Positions 20,599 to 30,122 of a stretch of DNA of 64,000 nt are shown here, piece after piece; the first letter of the stretch is position 1, and each line of letters begins with the position of its first letter. Below the pieces are notes generated by a model. That model saw only the letters and a program-made list of their open reading frames with translations. It did no database searches and was not told where the DNA came from. Position numbers and translations under genes: made by a program. The stretch is from NCBI GenBank assembly GCA_963667725.2, contig CAXXHO010000003.1, positions 800,001 through 864,000 of the forward strand. Direction: 5' to 3'. Source of the stretch: Treponemataceae bacterium. Lineage in GTDB: Bacteria; Spirochaetota; Spirochaetia; Treponematales; Rectinemataceae.

Positions 20599-21965
20599 CG
20601 CCGGTTGGATTCGATGCGCTGACCCCCCGGGCCATTGTCGAAGAACTCGATAAATACATCATCGGCCAGACAAAGGCCAAGAAAAGCGTGGCCATCGCGC
20701 TGCGCAACCGCATGCGGCGCCAGCGCCTGTCCGAGGAAATGCGAGACGAGATAGCGCCCAAGAACATACTCATGATGGGCCCGACGGGCGTCGGCAAAAC
20801 CGAAATCGCCAGGAGACTGGCCAAACTCTGCGGAGCTCCCTTCATCAAGGTGGAAGCGACAAAGTTCACCGAAGTGGGCTATGTCGGACGCGACGTCGAA
20901 TCCATGATACGAGACCTCATGGCTTCGGGCGTGGCCATGGTCAAGGAAGAGATGCAGGCGGAAGTGGCGGCCGAGGCGAAGCGGAGAGCCGAAGAACGTC
21001 TTCTCGATCTTCTCCTGCCTGGCCTGTCCAATTCGGTGGAACCGGTAGGCTCCACGCAGGCCACCCTCGTGCAGCCGCTTCCGCCGAACGAGACCCGCGA
21101 AAAATTCAGGAAACTCCTGCGCGAGGGCAAGCTCGATTCCCGCGAGCTGGAAATCACCGTGAACGCGGCGGCGCCTTCCATGGAACTGTTCGCGGGAACC
21201 CAGATGGAAGATATGGGCGTGGCGCTGGGCAGCATAGGCAACATGTTCGGCGGAAAGCGCAAGAAGAAGAGCGTCAGCGTGGCCGAAGCCCTCCCCATCC
21301 TCGAGGCCGAGGAAATGGAGAAACTCGTCGATCCCGACAAGGCGGCCCAGGAAGCGAGGCGCCGCGTCCAGGATTTCGGCATCGTCTTCATCGATGAGCT
21401 CGACAAGGTCGCCAACAAGGAAAGCCGCGGCGCTTCGGGCATCGACGTATCGCGCGAAGGCGTCCAGCGGGACCTTCTGCCCATCGTCGAGGGAACCATC
21501 GTCAACACGAAATGGGGCGCCGTGGACACGACACACATCCTCTTCATCGCGGCGGGAGCCTTTACCGTCTCCAAACCCCAGGACCTCATCCCCGAACTCC
21601 AGGGCAGGTTTCCCATCCGCGTCGAACTGGACGCTCTCACCGACAGGGATTTCGAAAGGATACTGACCGAACCCAAGAATGCCCTGGTCATCCAGTACGC
21701 CCAGCTTCTTTCGACGGAGTCGGTGAACATCAGCTTCGAGAAGGGCGCCATCGCGCGGATAGCCCAGATAGCGGCCGCCGCCAATACCCAGACCGAAAAC
21801 ATCGGAGCCCGCCGTCTCCATACCGTGCTGGAGCGGCTTCTCGAGGATCTTTCTTTCGAAGCCGACACGATGGCCGGACAGAATGTCGTGATCGATGTCG
21901 CATATGTCGACGGGAAATTCAAGGATTATGCCGAAAGGCAGGATTTGAGCAAATACATTTTGTAG
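20595..21965 (+). CDS. hslU: ATP-dependent protease ATPase subunit HslU
   Basis: [43 protein letters not shown]. Confidence 0.97.
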   Translation: MTPVGFDALTPRAIVEELDKYIIGQTKAKKSVAIALRNRMRRQRLSEEMRDEIAPKNILMMGPTGVGKTEIARRLAKLCGAPFIKVEATKFTEVGYVGRDVESMIRDLMASGVAMVKEEMQAEVAAEAKRRAEERLLDLLLPGLSNSVEPVGSTQATLVQPLPPNETREKFRKLLREGKLDSRELEITVNAAAPSMELFAGTQMEDMGVALGSIGNMFGGKRKKKSVSVAEALPILEAEEMEKLVDPDKAAQEARRRVQDFGIVFIDELDKVANKESRGASGIDVSREGVQRDLLPIVEGTIVNTKWGAVDTTHILFIAAGAFTVSKPQDLIPELQGRFPIRVELDALTDRDFERILTEPKNALVIQYAQLLSTESVNISFEKGAIARIAQIAAAANTQTENIGARRLHTVLERLLEDLSFEADTMAGQNVVIDVAYVDGKFKDYAERQDLSKYIL

Positions 21966-21983
21966 CAGGAGGGCCGATCAGCC

Positions 21984-22796
21984 ATGGACTCGATAAATTT
22001 ATGCAACTGCGACATCGACAACTCCGCCGAAGTGATGGAGCGCGAACTTTGGGACCGATACCAGAGCAGCCGTGACCCCAAGATCAGGGATCATCTTGTC
22101 GAGCAATACGCTCCGCTCGTGAAATACGTGGCTGGAAAAGTGGCCGCGAACCTCCCTTCGTCGGTTGAGTACGACGACCTGGTGGGATACGGAGTCTTCG
22201 GCCTCTTCGACGCCATCGATAAATTCGATACGGCCAAACATGTAAAGTTCAAGACCTATGCCGTCACCAGAATCAGGGGCGCGATGTACGATCACCTGAG
22301 GGAGATGGATTGGGTCCCGCGCTCGGTGAGACAGAAGGCCAAGGAAATCGAGCAGGCGGTGATGATCCTGGAGGCGAGACTCGGACGTCCCGCCTCGGAC
22401 TCGGAAATCGCCGCGTCCATGAATCTTCGCGAGGCGGAATTCTCGCATCTCATGAGCAAGATTTCCAGCACCGCCATTCTGTCGCTCAACGACATCTGGA
22501 ATTCAGGCACCGACAGCGAGAAAATGTGCATCGGCGAGAGCATCGAATCGCCCAGAGGCCTCAACCCCGATTCCTCCGTCGAGAAAGAGGAAATCAGGCG
22601 GGTCATAAAGCAGGCGATCACCGAGCTTCCGGAAAAGGAGAAAAAGGTTCTCGTGCTCTATTATTATGAGAATCTGACGCTGCGGGAAATCGGCCAGATC
22701 CTGGACGTCACCGAATCGCGGATTAGCCAGCTGCATACGAAAGCGATCATCAGACTCAGGGCTAAGCTCACGAGCCGCCGAAAAGGCATATTCTAA
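21984..22796 (+). CDS. fliA: RNA polymerase sigma-28 factor (FliA/WhiG family)
   Basis: YAPLVKYVA, FKTYAVTRIRGAMYDHLREMDWVPRSVR, LTLREIGQILDVTESRISQLH. Confidence 0.93.
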   Translation: MDSINLCNCDIDNSAEVMERELWDRYQSSRDPKIRDHLVEQYAPLVKYVAGKVAANLPSSVEYDDLVGYGVFGLFDAIDKFDTAKHVKFKTYAVTRIRGAMYDHLREMDWVPRSVRQKAKEIEQAVMILEARLGRPASDSEIAASMNLREAEFSHLMSKISSTAILSLNDIWNSGTDSEKMCIGESIESPRGLNPDSSVEKEEIRRVIKQAITELPEKEKKVLVLYYYENLTLREIGQILDVTESRISQLHTKAIIRLRAKLTSRRKGIF

Positions 22797-22824
22797 GCGG
22801 CGGCGACGAAACGCGAAGCGATTG

Positions 22825-22855
22825 AAGGGGGCCGAAAGGCTCCCTTATTTTTTTT
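22825..22855 (+). terminator. Intrinsic terminator after fliA
   Basis: aagggggcc-gaaa-ggctccctt followed by a T-run. Confidence 0.75.
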
Positions 22856-24245
22856 CCTCATCTTTCGGGGAGTCTTTCGCCTGCTCCTGCTTTTCGGCGG
22901 CGGCGATTCCGTATTCCTCGATCTTCTGATACAAAGTCTTGCGGCCTATCTTCAGCACCTCGGCGGTCTTCGTCTTGTTGCCTCCCAGCATGGCGAGCGT
23001 TTCGGCGATGATGATTTTTTCCGCCTCCTCGAGCGTGCAGAAGGCGGGAAGATGCAGCTCCTTCTTTTCCTGGGTGGAGCGCGGCCCGGGAGGAAGATCG
23101 TCCACCGTTATGAACTGCGTCGAGGCCATCACCACGGCGCTCTCGATGCAGTTGCGCAGTTCGCGCACATTGCCCGGCCAATCGTAAGCGTAGAGCGCCT
23201 GCCTGGACCGAGGATCGAAGCCCTCGATTTTCTTGCCGTTTTCCTGGCTGAATTCGTGGAGGAAGGTGGCGGCGAGGAGGGGAATGTCCTCTCGCCTTTC
23301 CCGCAGGGGAGGGACGTGGATGTTGACGACGTTGAGCCGGTAATAGAGATCTTCCCTGAAATGTCCGGCCGTTATTTCATCCTTCAGGTCCTTGTTGGTG
23401 GCCGCTATGAAGCGCACATCGACTTCGAGCGTGGATTCGCCGCCCACCCTCTCGAATTTCCTGTCCTGCAGCACGCGTAGAATCTTTATCTGGACATTCT
23501 GGTTTATCTCGCCTATCTCGTCGAGGAACAGGCTTCCGGTGTCGGCCAACTCGAAACGGCCTCTTTTCCGCGTCTGCGCTCCCGTGAAGGCCCCTTTTTC
23601 ATGCCCGAAGAGCTCGCTCTCCAGAAGGCTTTCGGCCAGCGCCGCGCAATGCACTTTTATCAGCGGCTTGTCCCTGCGCGGAGAAAGATTGTGGAGCGCG
23701 TCGGCTATCAGCTCCTTGCCGACGCCGGACTCTCCCGTTATGAGGACGCTGGCCCTCGTAGGCGCCACCTTGCGGATGAGATCGAAGATTTTCCGCATGG
23801 CCGGACTCTTGCCGATGATCGAGCTGATGCGCTGCTGAGCCAGAACTTCCTCGCGCAGCTCCTGGTTTTTGATCGAGAGCTCCCTGATTTCCAGGGCGTT
23901 TTTCGTGAGTTTCAGGAGATGTTCGAGATCGAGGGGTTTCGTGATGAATTCCAAGGCGCCGAACTGCATCGCCGAAACGGCTTCCGAAATGTCGCCGTGG
24001 GCCGTGATGATGATGACGGGGACATTCTGCCAGCGGCGCTTGATATGCTGGAGAAGCTCCATGCCTGAAACTTTCGGCATCTTCAGATCGGTTATCACGA
24101 GATCGATGTACTGTTCCTCGAGAAGCTGCATCGCCTCCTGGCCGTCCGAGGCCGTCAGCGGGGCGTAGCCCTCCATGCCGAAAGCCTCGGCGAGGCCGTC
24201 GCGTATGTTCTTTTCGTCGTCGACGATGAGAATGGTGAACTGCAT
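22845..24245 (-). CDS. Sigma54-dependent response regulator (NtrC/AtoC family; Rrp2-like by synteny)
   Basis: Receiver domain (VDDE, TDLKMP), GESGVGKE, GAFTGA, WPGNVREL, Fis-type HTH. Confidence 0.93.
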   Translation of the reverse strand: MQFTILIVDDEKNIRDGLAEAFGMEGYAPLTASDGQEAMQLLEEQYIDLVITDLKMPKVSGMELLQHIKRRWQNVPVIIITAHGDISEAVSAMQFGALEFITKPLDLEHLLKLTKNALEIRELSIKNQELREEVLAQQRISSIIGKSPAMRKIFDLIRKVAPTRASVLITGESGVGKELIADALHNLSPRRDKPLIKVHCAALAESLLESELFGHEKGAFTGAQTRKRGRFELADTGSLFLDEIGEINQNVQIKILRVLQDRKFERVGGESTLEVDVRFIAATNKDLKDEITAGHFREDLYYRLNVVNIHVPPLRERREDIPLLAATFLHEFSQENGKKIEGFDPRSRQALYAYDWPGNVRELRNCIESAVVMASTQFITVDDLPPGPRSTQEKKELHLPAFCTLEEAEKIIIAETLAMLGGNKTKTAEVLKIGRKTLYQKIEEYGIAAAEKQEQAKDSPKDEEKK

Positions 24246-25439
24246 CTAGTCCTCCGCCTGTGATCCGGCGATAGCCACCGCATCCTGCCATTGGGGAAGC
24301 GATTTCTTCTCTTTTTGAGGAACGGGAAGATGGATGGTGAACGTGGAGCCTTTCCCTTCCTTGGATTCGAGGCTGATATCCCCCGAATGTTCCTTGATGA
24401 TCTTGAACGTGATGGTGAGACCGAGGCCTGTCCCGCTCTTTTTCGTCGTGAAATACGGCTCGAAAATCTTCGTGAGCATATCCTCTGGAATGCCGGTACC
24501 CGTATCGGAGACGGAAATCGTCAACTCGTCATTGGTAGCCGCCACCGCTATGCCCAGGTTGCCCCCATCGGGCATGGCGGCCATCGCGTTCTGGATAAGA
24601 TTGAGAAGTGCCTGCTTTATATGACGCTTATCCATGAGAACGCGCGGCAGATCATCGCCGATCGACACGTCGACATTGATTCCTTTTCTGTCGGCCTCTG
24701 GCTGGATGAGATCGGCGATTTCCTCGACGATCTGGGCCGGGTTTTCGCTCATGAGCTGTATATCCATAGGCCTGACGGCGAAAAGAAAGTCCACGACAAT
24801 GTGCTTGAGCCTGTCCATCTCCTCTTTTACGACATTGAGATGCTTCTTCATCGCGGCTTTATCCGTTTTCTCAGGCTTCAGCAGCTTCTCGAGAAGCTGG
24901 ATTCTTATGGAAATGGAACCCAGGGGATTGTTGATCTCATGGGCCACGCCGGCGGCCAGCGTCGTCAGCGCGGCGAGGCTCTCGGCTCTTCGAAGCTGGG
25001 TTTCCTTCTTGCGCTTTTCGGTGATGTCCTCGATGTGGATGATGGTGCCGGCAATCCTGTCCTCGGAGAGCAAGGCCGAGAGGCTTATCGCGATGATGCG
25101 CGTTCCACCTGAACTCTGGAGGGCGAACTCGCGTCCGAGGATCGTCTCTTCCGAGGTCAGCGCTTTATAGAAGAAATCCTTGAGCTCCTCGTCCGCGATC
25201 GCCATCCAGAAGGGGCTTCCTCCCCATCCGCCTTGGATGCGGAGAATTCTTTCGGCTGATTTGTTGATGAGGACGGGCTCATGGTTCAGGCTGCAGACGA
25301 CGATGCCGTCGAACATAGACTGGAGGGCGGCCTCCAGCCTGTCGTTCGTCAGCACGAGTTCATTGAACAGAGTCCGAAGCTGGTCGTTGGTCAGCTTGTC
25401 CGCCCGCGACAGGGCTTTTCCCAGGAATGAAGGTTTCAT
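24246..25439 (-). CDS. Cytoplasmic PAS histidine kinase (Hk2-like by synteny)
   Basis: PAS-like N-terminus, AHEINNPL, NLIQNA, DTGTGI, FEPYFTTK, GTGLGL; no TM segment. Confidence 0.92.
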   Translation of the reverse strand: MKPSFLGKALSRADKLTNDQLRTLFNELVLTNDRLEAALQSMFDGIVVCSLNHEPVLINKSAERILRIQGGWGGSPFWMAIADEELKDFFYKALTSEETILGREFALQSSGGTRIIAISLSALLSEDRIAGTIIHIEDITEKRKKETQLRRAESLAALTTLAAGVAHEINNPLGSISIRIQLLEKLLKPEKTDKAAMKKHLNVVKEEMDRLKHIVVDFLFAVRPMDIQLMSENPAQIVEEIADLIQPEADRKGINVDVSIGDDLPRVLMDKRHIKQALLNLIQNAMAAMPDGGNLGIAVAATNDELTISVSDTGTGIPEDMLTKIFEPYFTTKKSGTGLGLTITFKIIKEHSGDISLESKEGKGSTFTIHLPVPQKEKKSLPQWQDAVAIAGSQAED

Positions 25440-26728
25440 CGATCATCTCCGAATGATGTGGCGAGCACTTTGATGAGCAGATCGGGACTCCTGTTCAGCG
25501 AGCCGTATTGAACCGCCGCTTCGCGGGCGAGCCGGGACCAGCGGTCGATCGCCGCGACGATGGCCGGCTCCCCCGCCGATTCCCGCAGCAAACCTGAAAA
25601 AACCGAAAGCAAGGCGCGTATGAAGTGATTGAAGGAGCCGGCCATCGTCTTGTCCTTGGCCCCGAACCCTCCTGTTGCCTCGCCAAGCTCTTCCAGAAGC
25701 TCGGACATGGATTTTCCCGACTTGTCCGCGTCGGACGCGAGGAGGCGGCCGTATGGGCCGCTGGTGGGGATTTTATCGCCCAGATCGAGCAGTATCCTGC
25801 CCGTGAAGCGTTCCGCGTGGAGTTTCGCCAGGGCGGGAGGGAAAGGGATGCGGGATTCGAAGTAGGCCTGGAGGCTGGGCGTCATCTCGTTCGATTTGAA
25901 GACCCTGGAGAGGATGAGCTCCGTGGCCGCCTGATCGCGCGGAGCGAAGGGATAGAGCCGCGAACGCGAGAGGATGGTGGCCATCATGGAAGCCCGCCGG
26001 CTCGTGAGCAGGATGAAGCGCACGGTCTTCGGGGGTTCTTCCAGTATTTTCAGCATGGCGTTCCTGGCCGAGTCCTGCATCCTGTCGGCGTTTTCTATGA
26101 TGATCGTTTTGCAGTTCCCGGCGGGGGCGAGTTGGGCCCAGATCGCCATGTTGCGGATCATGAAGACGCCGGGGGCTTCGGGCGCGAAGACTTCAAGAGC
26201 CAGGGCGTCGGCATAGACTGAGTCCACGGCTTTGGCGACGGAAGGCGGTATGCCTTCGCGCAGGCTTTCGGGGACCAGAGCCTCGGGTTGGATGAGGTCC
26301 ATGGCTTCCTCGATCGACTGGAGGAGGCTCGCGGCTTTTCCCAGCTTCGTTTCCTCGCCGCTCCACAGCGCGGGGCTGAAGCGGGCGAGAAGCTTCCGGA
26401 TCGATCGCAGGAAAAAGTAGGCGGAGGGCTGACCGGGGCGACGGAGGAAAAATTCCTTCGCCACCACGATTTCCTCGGGAAAGCTGCGTTTTCCGAAGAG
26501 AAGGAGATCGCCGTGGATGAGCTGCAGGTGACGCGCGCAATCTGGACAGGCGCAGTTCCAGACGCCTTGCCTCGCGCAGGAAAGGACTCTGGCCGTCTCC
26601 AGCGCCGCGGTAAGCTTGCCTGAAGCGGGAGGTCCGGAAAACAGCAGGGCCGGCGGCAGGGAGCCGCTGCCTATATCGCCGATGAGAGAGGCTACTGTCG
26701 CTTCCTGGGCAAGTAAATTCTCGTACAT
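25436..26728 (-). CDS. DNA polymerase III delta-prime-like clamp-loader subunit
   Basis: LFSGPPASGK, CACPDC, ENADRM, NAMLKILEEPP, TILSR. Confidence 0.75.
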   Translation of the reverse strand: MYENLLAQEATVASLIGDIGSGSLPPALLFSGPPASGKLTAALETARVLSCARQGVWNCACPDCARHLQLIHGDLLLFGKRSFPEEIVVAKEFFLRRPGQPSAYFFLRSIRKLLARFSPALWSGEETKLGKAASLLQSIEEAMDLIQPEALVPESLREGIPPSVAKAVDSVYADALALEVFAPEAPGVFMIRNMAIWAQLAPAGNCKTIIIENADRMQDSARNAMLKILEEPPKTVRFILLTSRRASMMATILSRSRLYPFAPRDQAATELILSRVFKSNEMTPSLQAYFESRIPFPPALAKLHAERFTGRILLDLGDKIPTSGPYGRLLASDADKSGKSMSELLEELGEATGGFGAKDKTMAGSFNHFIRALLSVFSGLLRESAGEPAIVAAIDRWSRLAREAAVQYGSLNRSPDLLIKVLATSFGDDR

Positions 26729-26731
26729 AGG

Positions 26732-27271
26732 CTATTTCTTCGGCTTGAAGAGGTTCTGCAGGTTCAGGGATTTGCCCGTTCCCTCGAGGGCCGGCTTCAG
26801 GGTTTCATTTATGGCGGGCCCTATGATGGGAAGTATGGTGCTGGCGAAAAACGAGTTGGCCAGGGCTGTCTTGACGTCAAAGAAAGGCTGGATTTCCATG
26901 ACGACGAGGACGAGGGCCACGATGGCCAGTCCTTCGGCGATTCCGAGCGCGAGGCCGAGCACTCTGTCGAATATGTCAAGATTGGCCGCCTCGAGCCCTT
27001 CACGGATGAGCCTTTCGATTAGCTTCATGATGAGGAATCCCAGAACGAAGCAGATGATGAAGGCGATGACGTACTGAACGCTGGCCGGCAAGGTTCCCGT
27101 CCCCAGTTTTTTGGCGGCGAACTCTATGACGGTGTTGGAAAAAAGCAGTCCGGCGAAAAGGCCTACAGCGTAGGAGGCCACCGAAAGAACTTCCTGGACG
27201 AAACCGCGGACGAAGCATCTCGCGGCGAGAATGATGATGATGCCCGTGAAGATCCAGTCCATGGTGCTCAT
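26732..27271 (-). CDS. cvpA: CvpA (colicin V production) family membrane protein
   Basis: MSTMDWI..RGFVQE..FDRVLG; ATG overlaps murG stop (ATGA). Confidence 0.88.
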   Translation of the reverse strand: MSTMDWIFTGIIIILAARCFVRGFVQEVLSVASYAVGLFAGLLFSNTVIEFAAKKLGTGTLPASVQYVIAFIICFVLGFLIMKLIERLIREGLEAANLDIFDRVLGLALGIAEGLAIVALVLVVMEIQPFFDVKTALANSFFASTILPIIGPAINETLKPALEGTGKSLNLQNLFKPKK

Positions 27272-28467
27272 TGAGTTCCTCCTGGCGCTTTGTTTACTTG
27301 TTTGATGATGAGATCGGCGATGTAGTCCGCCGAGAGCGCCGAAGCGCCGTCTTCGCCTTTTACGCTGGCGAGAGCGAGGCCGGCTTTCTTGGCTCCATCC
27401 ATGGCCGATGGATTTTCCAGATAGCCCAGGATGGCCGTGAGCGTGTTTTCCGGCGATGCTTTCTCGCTTCCGAGGCAGATGCCCGCCCCGGTTCTTTCCG
27501 CCATTTCGGCGTTCTCCACCTGATCTCCGCGCGTTCCCGAGCCCGCGAGGGGGATCAAGACCATGGGCTTTCCGAGAGCCGCCGATTCCCAGACCGTTCC
27601 GGCGCCGGCCCTGCCCGCCACGATTGTCGAGGCCGCCATGATATCGCTCATTTCCTCGCCGATATAGGGCAGGGCGGCATAGCATCCCGGCTTTTGGGCA
27701 TTGGCGGCCGGATCGTAAAGATCCTTGCCCGTCTGATGGGCGATGAAGGCTTTACCTTCGAGCCGGGGCCTTATCGCCCGCACGATTTCGTTGACCTGGC
27801 GCGAGCCCTGGCTGCCGCCTACAAAGAAGACGATCGGAAGGCCGTCGGGAGCGCCGAGAATTTTCCTGCCTCTTGCGGCGTCGCCGAGGAAAAGGCTGGG
27901 CCTGACGGGATTGCCCACGATGGCGATCCTGGCCTGGAGCGCCGCGCCGAGCATGGAGGCTGTCTTCGGCCAGCTCAAGAGTATTTTCTCGGCCTTGCCC
28001 GCGTTGAGCCGCGTCGCGAGTCCGGGGCTCGTGTCCGATTCGTGGGTAAAGTAGGGAATTCCCAGCGATGCCGCCGCGCGGCAGGGGGGAACGCTCACGT
28101 AGCCACCCTTGGAAAAGAGGAGTACCGGCTTGAGCGCGGCGAGGAGGCGCCTCGATGCGACGAAGCCAGCGGCGACGCGGAAGGCGTCGGCCAGGTTCTT
28201 CAGCGTGAGGGAGCGGCGAAGTTTGCCCGAGGGAATGGCGAAATACTCTATGCCTTCCTTCTCGACGATGCCGCGGTCCAGGTCTTTTCGCGAGCCTATC
28301 CAGACGATGTGTCCGCCAAAGCCTTTGGCCTTCAGCGCCTGGATGACGGCGAGGCCCGGGTAGATGTGTCCTCCCGTACCTCCGCCGGTGAAGGCGATGA
28401 GCGGCGTCGCGGCGGGCTTGGACGTCCTGGTCTCCGTCGCGGCTCCGCCGTCGGTTCCGCCGCTCAT
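27268..28467 (-). CDS. murG: Lipid I GlcNAc transferase MurG
   Basis: GGGTGGHIYP, GGYVS, GNPVR, GGSQG, RAGAGT, DQVENA. Confidence 0.96.
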   Translation of the reverse strand: MSGGTDGGAATETRTSKPAATPLIAFTGGGTGGHIYPGLAVIQALKAKGFGGHIVWIGSRKDLDRGIVEKEGIEYFAIPSGKLRRSLTLKNLADAFRVAAGFVASRRLLAALKPVLLFSKGGYVSVPPCRAAASLGIPYFTHESDTSPGLATRLNAGKAEKILLSWPKTASMLGAALQARIAIVGNPVRPSLFLGDAARGRKILGAPDGLPIVFFVGGSQGSRQVNEIVRAIRPRLEGKAFIAHQTGKDLYDPAANAQKPGCYAALPYIGEEMSDIMAASTIVAGRAGAGTVWESAALGKPMVLIPLAGSGTRGDQVENAEMAERTGAGICLGSEKASPENTLTAILGYLENPSAMDGAKKAGLALASVKGEDGASALSADYIADLIIKQVNKAPGGTQ

Positions 28468-30065
28468 TCGAGAAATCCGGCCATCTTCGCCATGGCGCTC
28501 AGGACAGCCTCATCGGTCTTCTCGCCCTGCATTATCGAGAGCATCTTATTGGCCAAAAGCTTGCCCAGCTGCACCCCCTCCTGATCGAAGGAATTGATGT
28601 TCCAAGCGAATCCCTGGAACATCACCTTGTTCTCGAAATGGGCGAAAAGGGCTCCGAGCTGTTTCGGTCCCAGCCTTCCGCCCAGGAGCAGGGTCGACGG
28701 CCTGCCTCCGGCGAAGCGCTTGTTGGGGTTCTGGTCATCCTTGCCGCGCGCGAAGGCGACGATCTGCGCGAGGAGGTTGGCGACGAGTTTCTGCCTCGAC
28801 GACGTTCCCATCGAGAGCACGTCGTCGGAATGCTGGTTTTCGGTGAACCCAATGAACTGGAGCGGCACCCTGTCCGTCCCCTGGTGAAGGAGCTGGTAGA
28901 ACGAATGCTGGCCGTTCGTGCCCGGTTCGCCGAAGACGACGGGACCGGTGGAATACGCGATGGGCTTGCCTTCGCGGTTGACCGACTTGCCGTTCGATTC
29001 CATATCCAGCTGCTGGAGGTGGGCGGGAAAGCGCGACAGGGCTTCCGCGTAGGGCAGGACGGCGGTGAAGGGCATGCCAAGGACATTCCTTTCGTAAAGC
29101 CCGATCATGGCGTCGAGCAGCGTGGCATTCTTGCGGATGTCAGGCTCCATGGCCGCCCGGTCCGCCGCGTGGGCCCCCTCCAGGAACTCGGCGAAGGTTT
29201 CGGGGCCGAAGGCGAGGGAGAGGACGACGCCCCCGACGGCGCTCGATGTCGAATAACGTCCTCCGATGAAATCGTCGATGAAGAAGCTGGCGATGTAACC
29301 AGGATTCTGGGCCAGCGGGCTCGTCCTGCTCGTTACCGCCACTAGATGCCTGGAGCCGTCGAGGCCTGCGGATTCTAGGCGGTTGCGCACCAGCGTCTCG
29401 TTCGCGAGCGTCTCCTGCGTGGTCCCGCTCTTGGACACGAGGATGAAGATGGTGGTCTCGAGGTCGAGACCTCGCAGCACCTGGTCAGCGTCGTCGGGGT
29501 CCACGTTCGATATGAAGCGCGCGCGCATACTCAACCTATGTTCAGCCGCGGCCCAGCGTTCGAGGGCTATATAGGAGGCGCGGGGGCCGAGATCCGATCC
29601 GCCGATGCCTATCTGAACCGCCGTCTCGAAGGGCTTGCCCGTGGAGCCCAGCACCTTTCCGGAATGCACGGCTTTCGCGAAATCGGCTATCTTCCCGCGT
29701 TCGGCTTCGTAGAAAGCGCGGACGTCCTGCCCTCCCGAGACGACGGCCGGGCCGAGCTGTCCCCGCGCCAGATGGTGGAGAACCATCCTCTTCTCGCCGG
29801 TATTCATGACCTCGCCGCTGACGAGGGCTTTGTATTTTTCAACGAGTTCCTGAACGTCCGCGAGCCTCTGCATGGCGTCTATCAGCGCCTCGTTCACGGG
29901 GGCGGCGGCGTAGCAGAAGGTAAAGCCCTCGGGCATCTGCGCCGTGTACGCCGCCACGCGTTCCGGCGTTAGCGCCCGGGCGACATCGACCTTGGGCAGG
30001 TTCGCCAAAGCCGCGTAACTATTGCAATCGTCGAGATTCCTGTATTGGATCATATGCTGCTCCAT
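28464..30065 (-). CDS. pgi: Glucose-6-phosphate isomerase
   Basis: IGIGGSDLGP, SKSGTTQET, GGRYS, QQLDMESNGK, GTNGQHSFYQLLHQG, FDQEGVQLGK. Confidence 0.97.
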   Translation of the reverse strand: MEQHMIQYRNLDDCNSYAALANLPKVDVARALTPERVAAYTAQMPEGFTFCYAAAPVNEALIDAMQRLADVQELVEKYKALVSGEVMNTGEKRMVLHHLARGQLGPAVVSGGQDVRAFYEAERGKIADFAKAVHSGKVLGSTGKPFETAVQIGIGGSDLGPRASYIALERWAAAEHRLSMRARFISNVDPDDADQVLRGLDLETTIFILVSKSGTTQETLANETLVRNRLESAGLDGSRHLVAVTSRTSPLAQNPGYIASFFIDDFIGGRYSTSSAVGGVVLSLAFGPETFAEFLEGAHAADRAAMEPDIRKNATLLDAMIGLYERNVLGMPFTAVLPYAEALSRFPAHLQQLDMESNGKSVNREGKPIAYSTGPVVFGEPGTNGQHSFYQLLHQGTDRVPLQFIGFTENQHSDDVLSMGTSSRQKLVANLLAQIVAFARGKDDQNPNKRFAGGRPSTLLLGGRLGPKQLGALFAHFENKVMFQGFAWNINSFDQEGVQLGKLLANKMLSIMQGEKTDEAVLSAMAKMAGFLE

Positions 30066-30122
30066 CTGTATCCTTATGATACATGATATGGTGAAAATCG
30101 CTACACTTCAAGCCGCTTTTAT

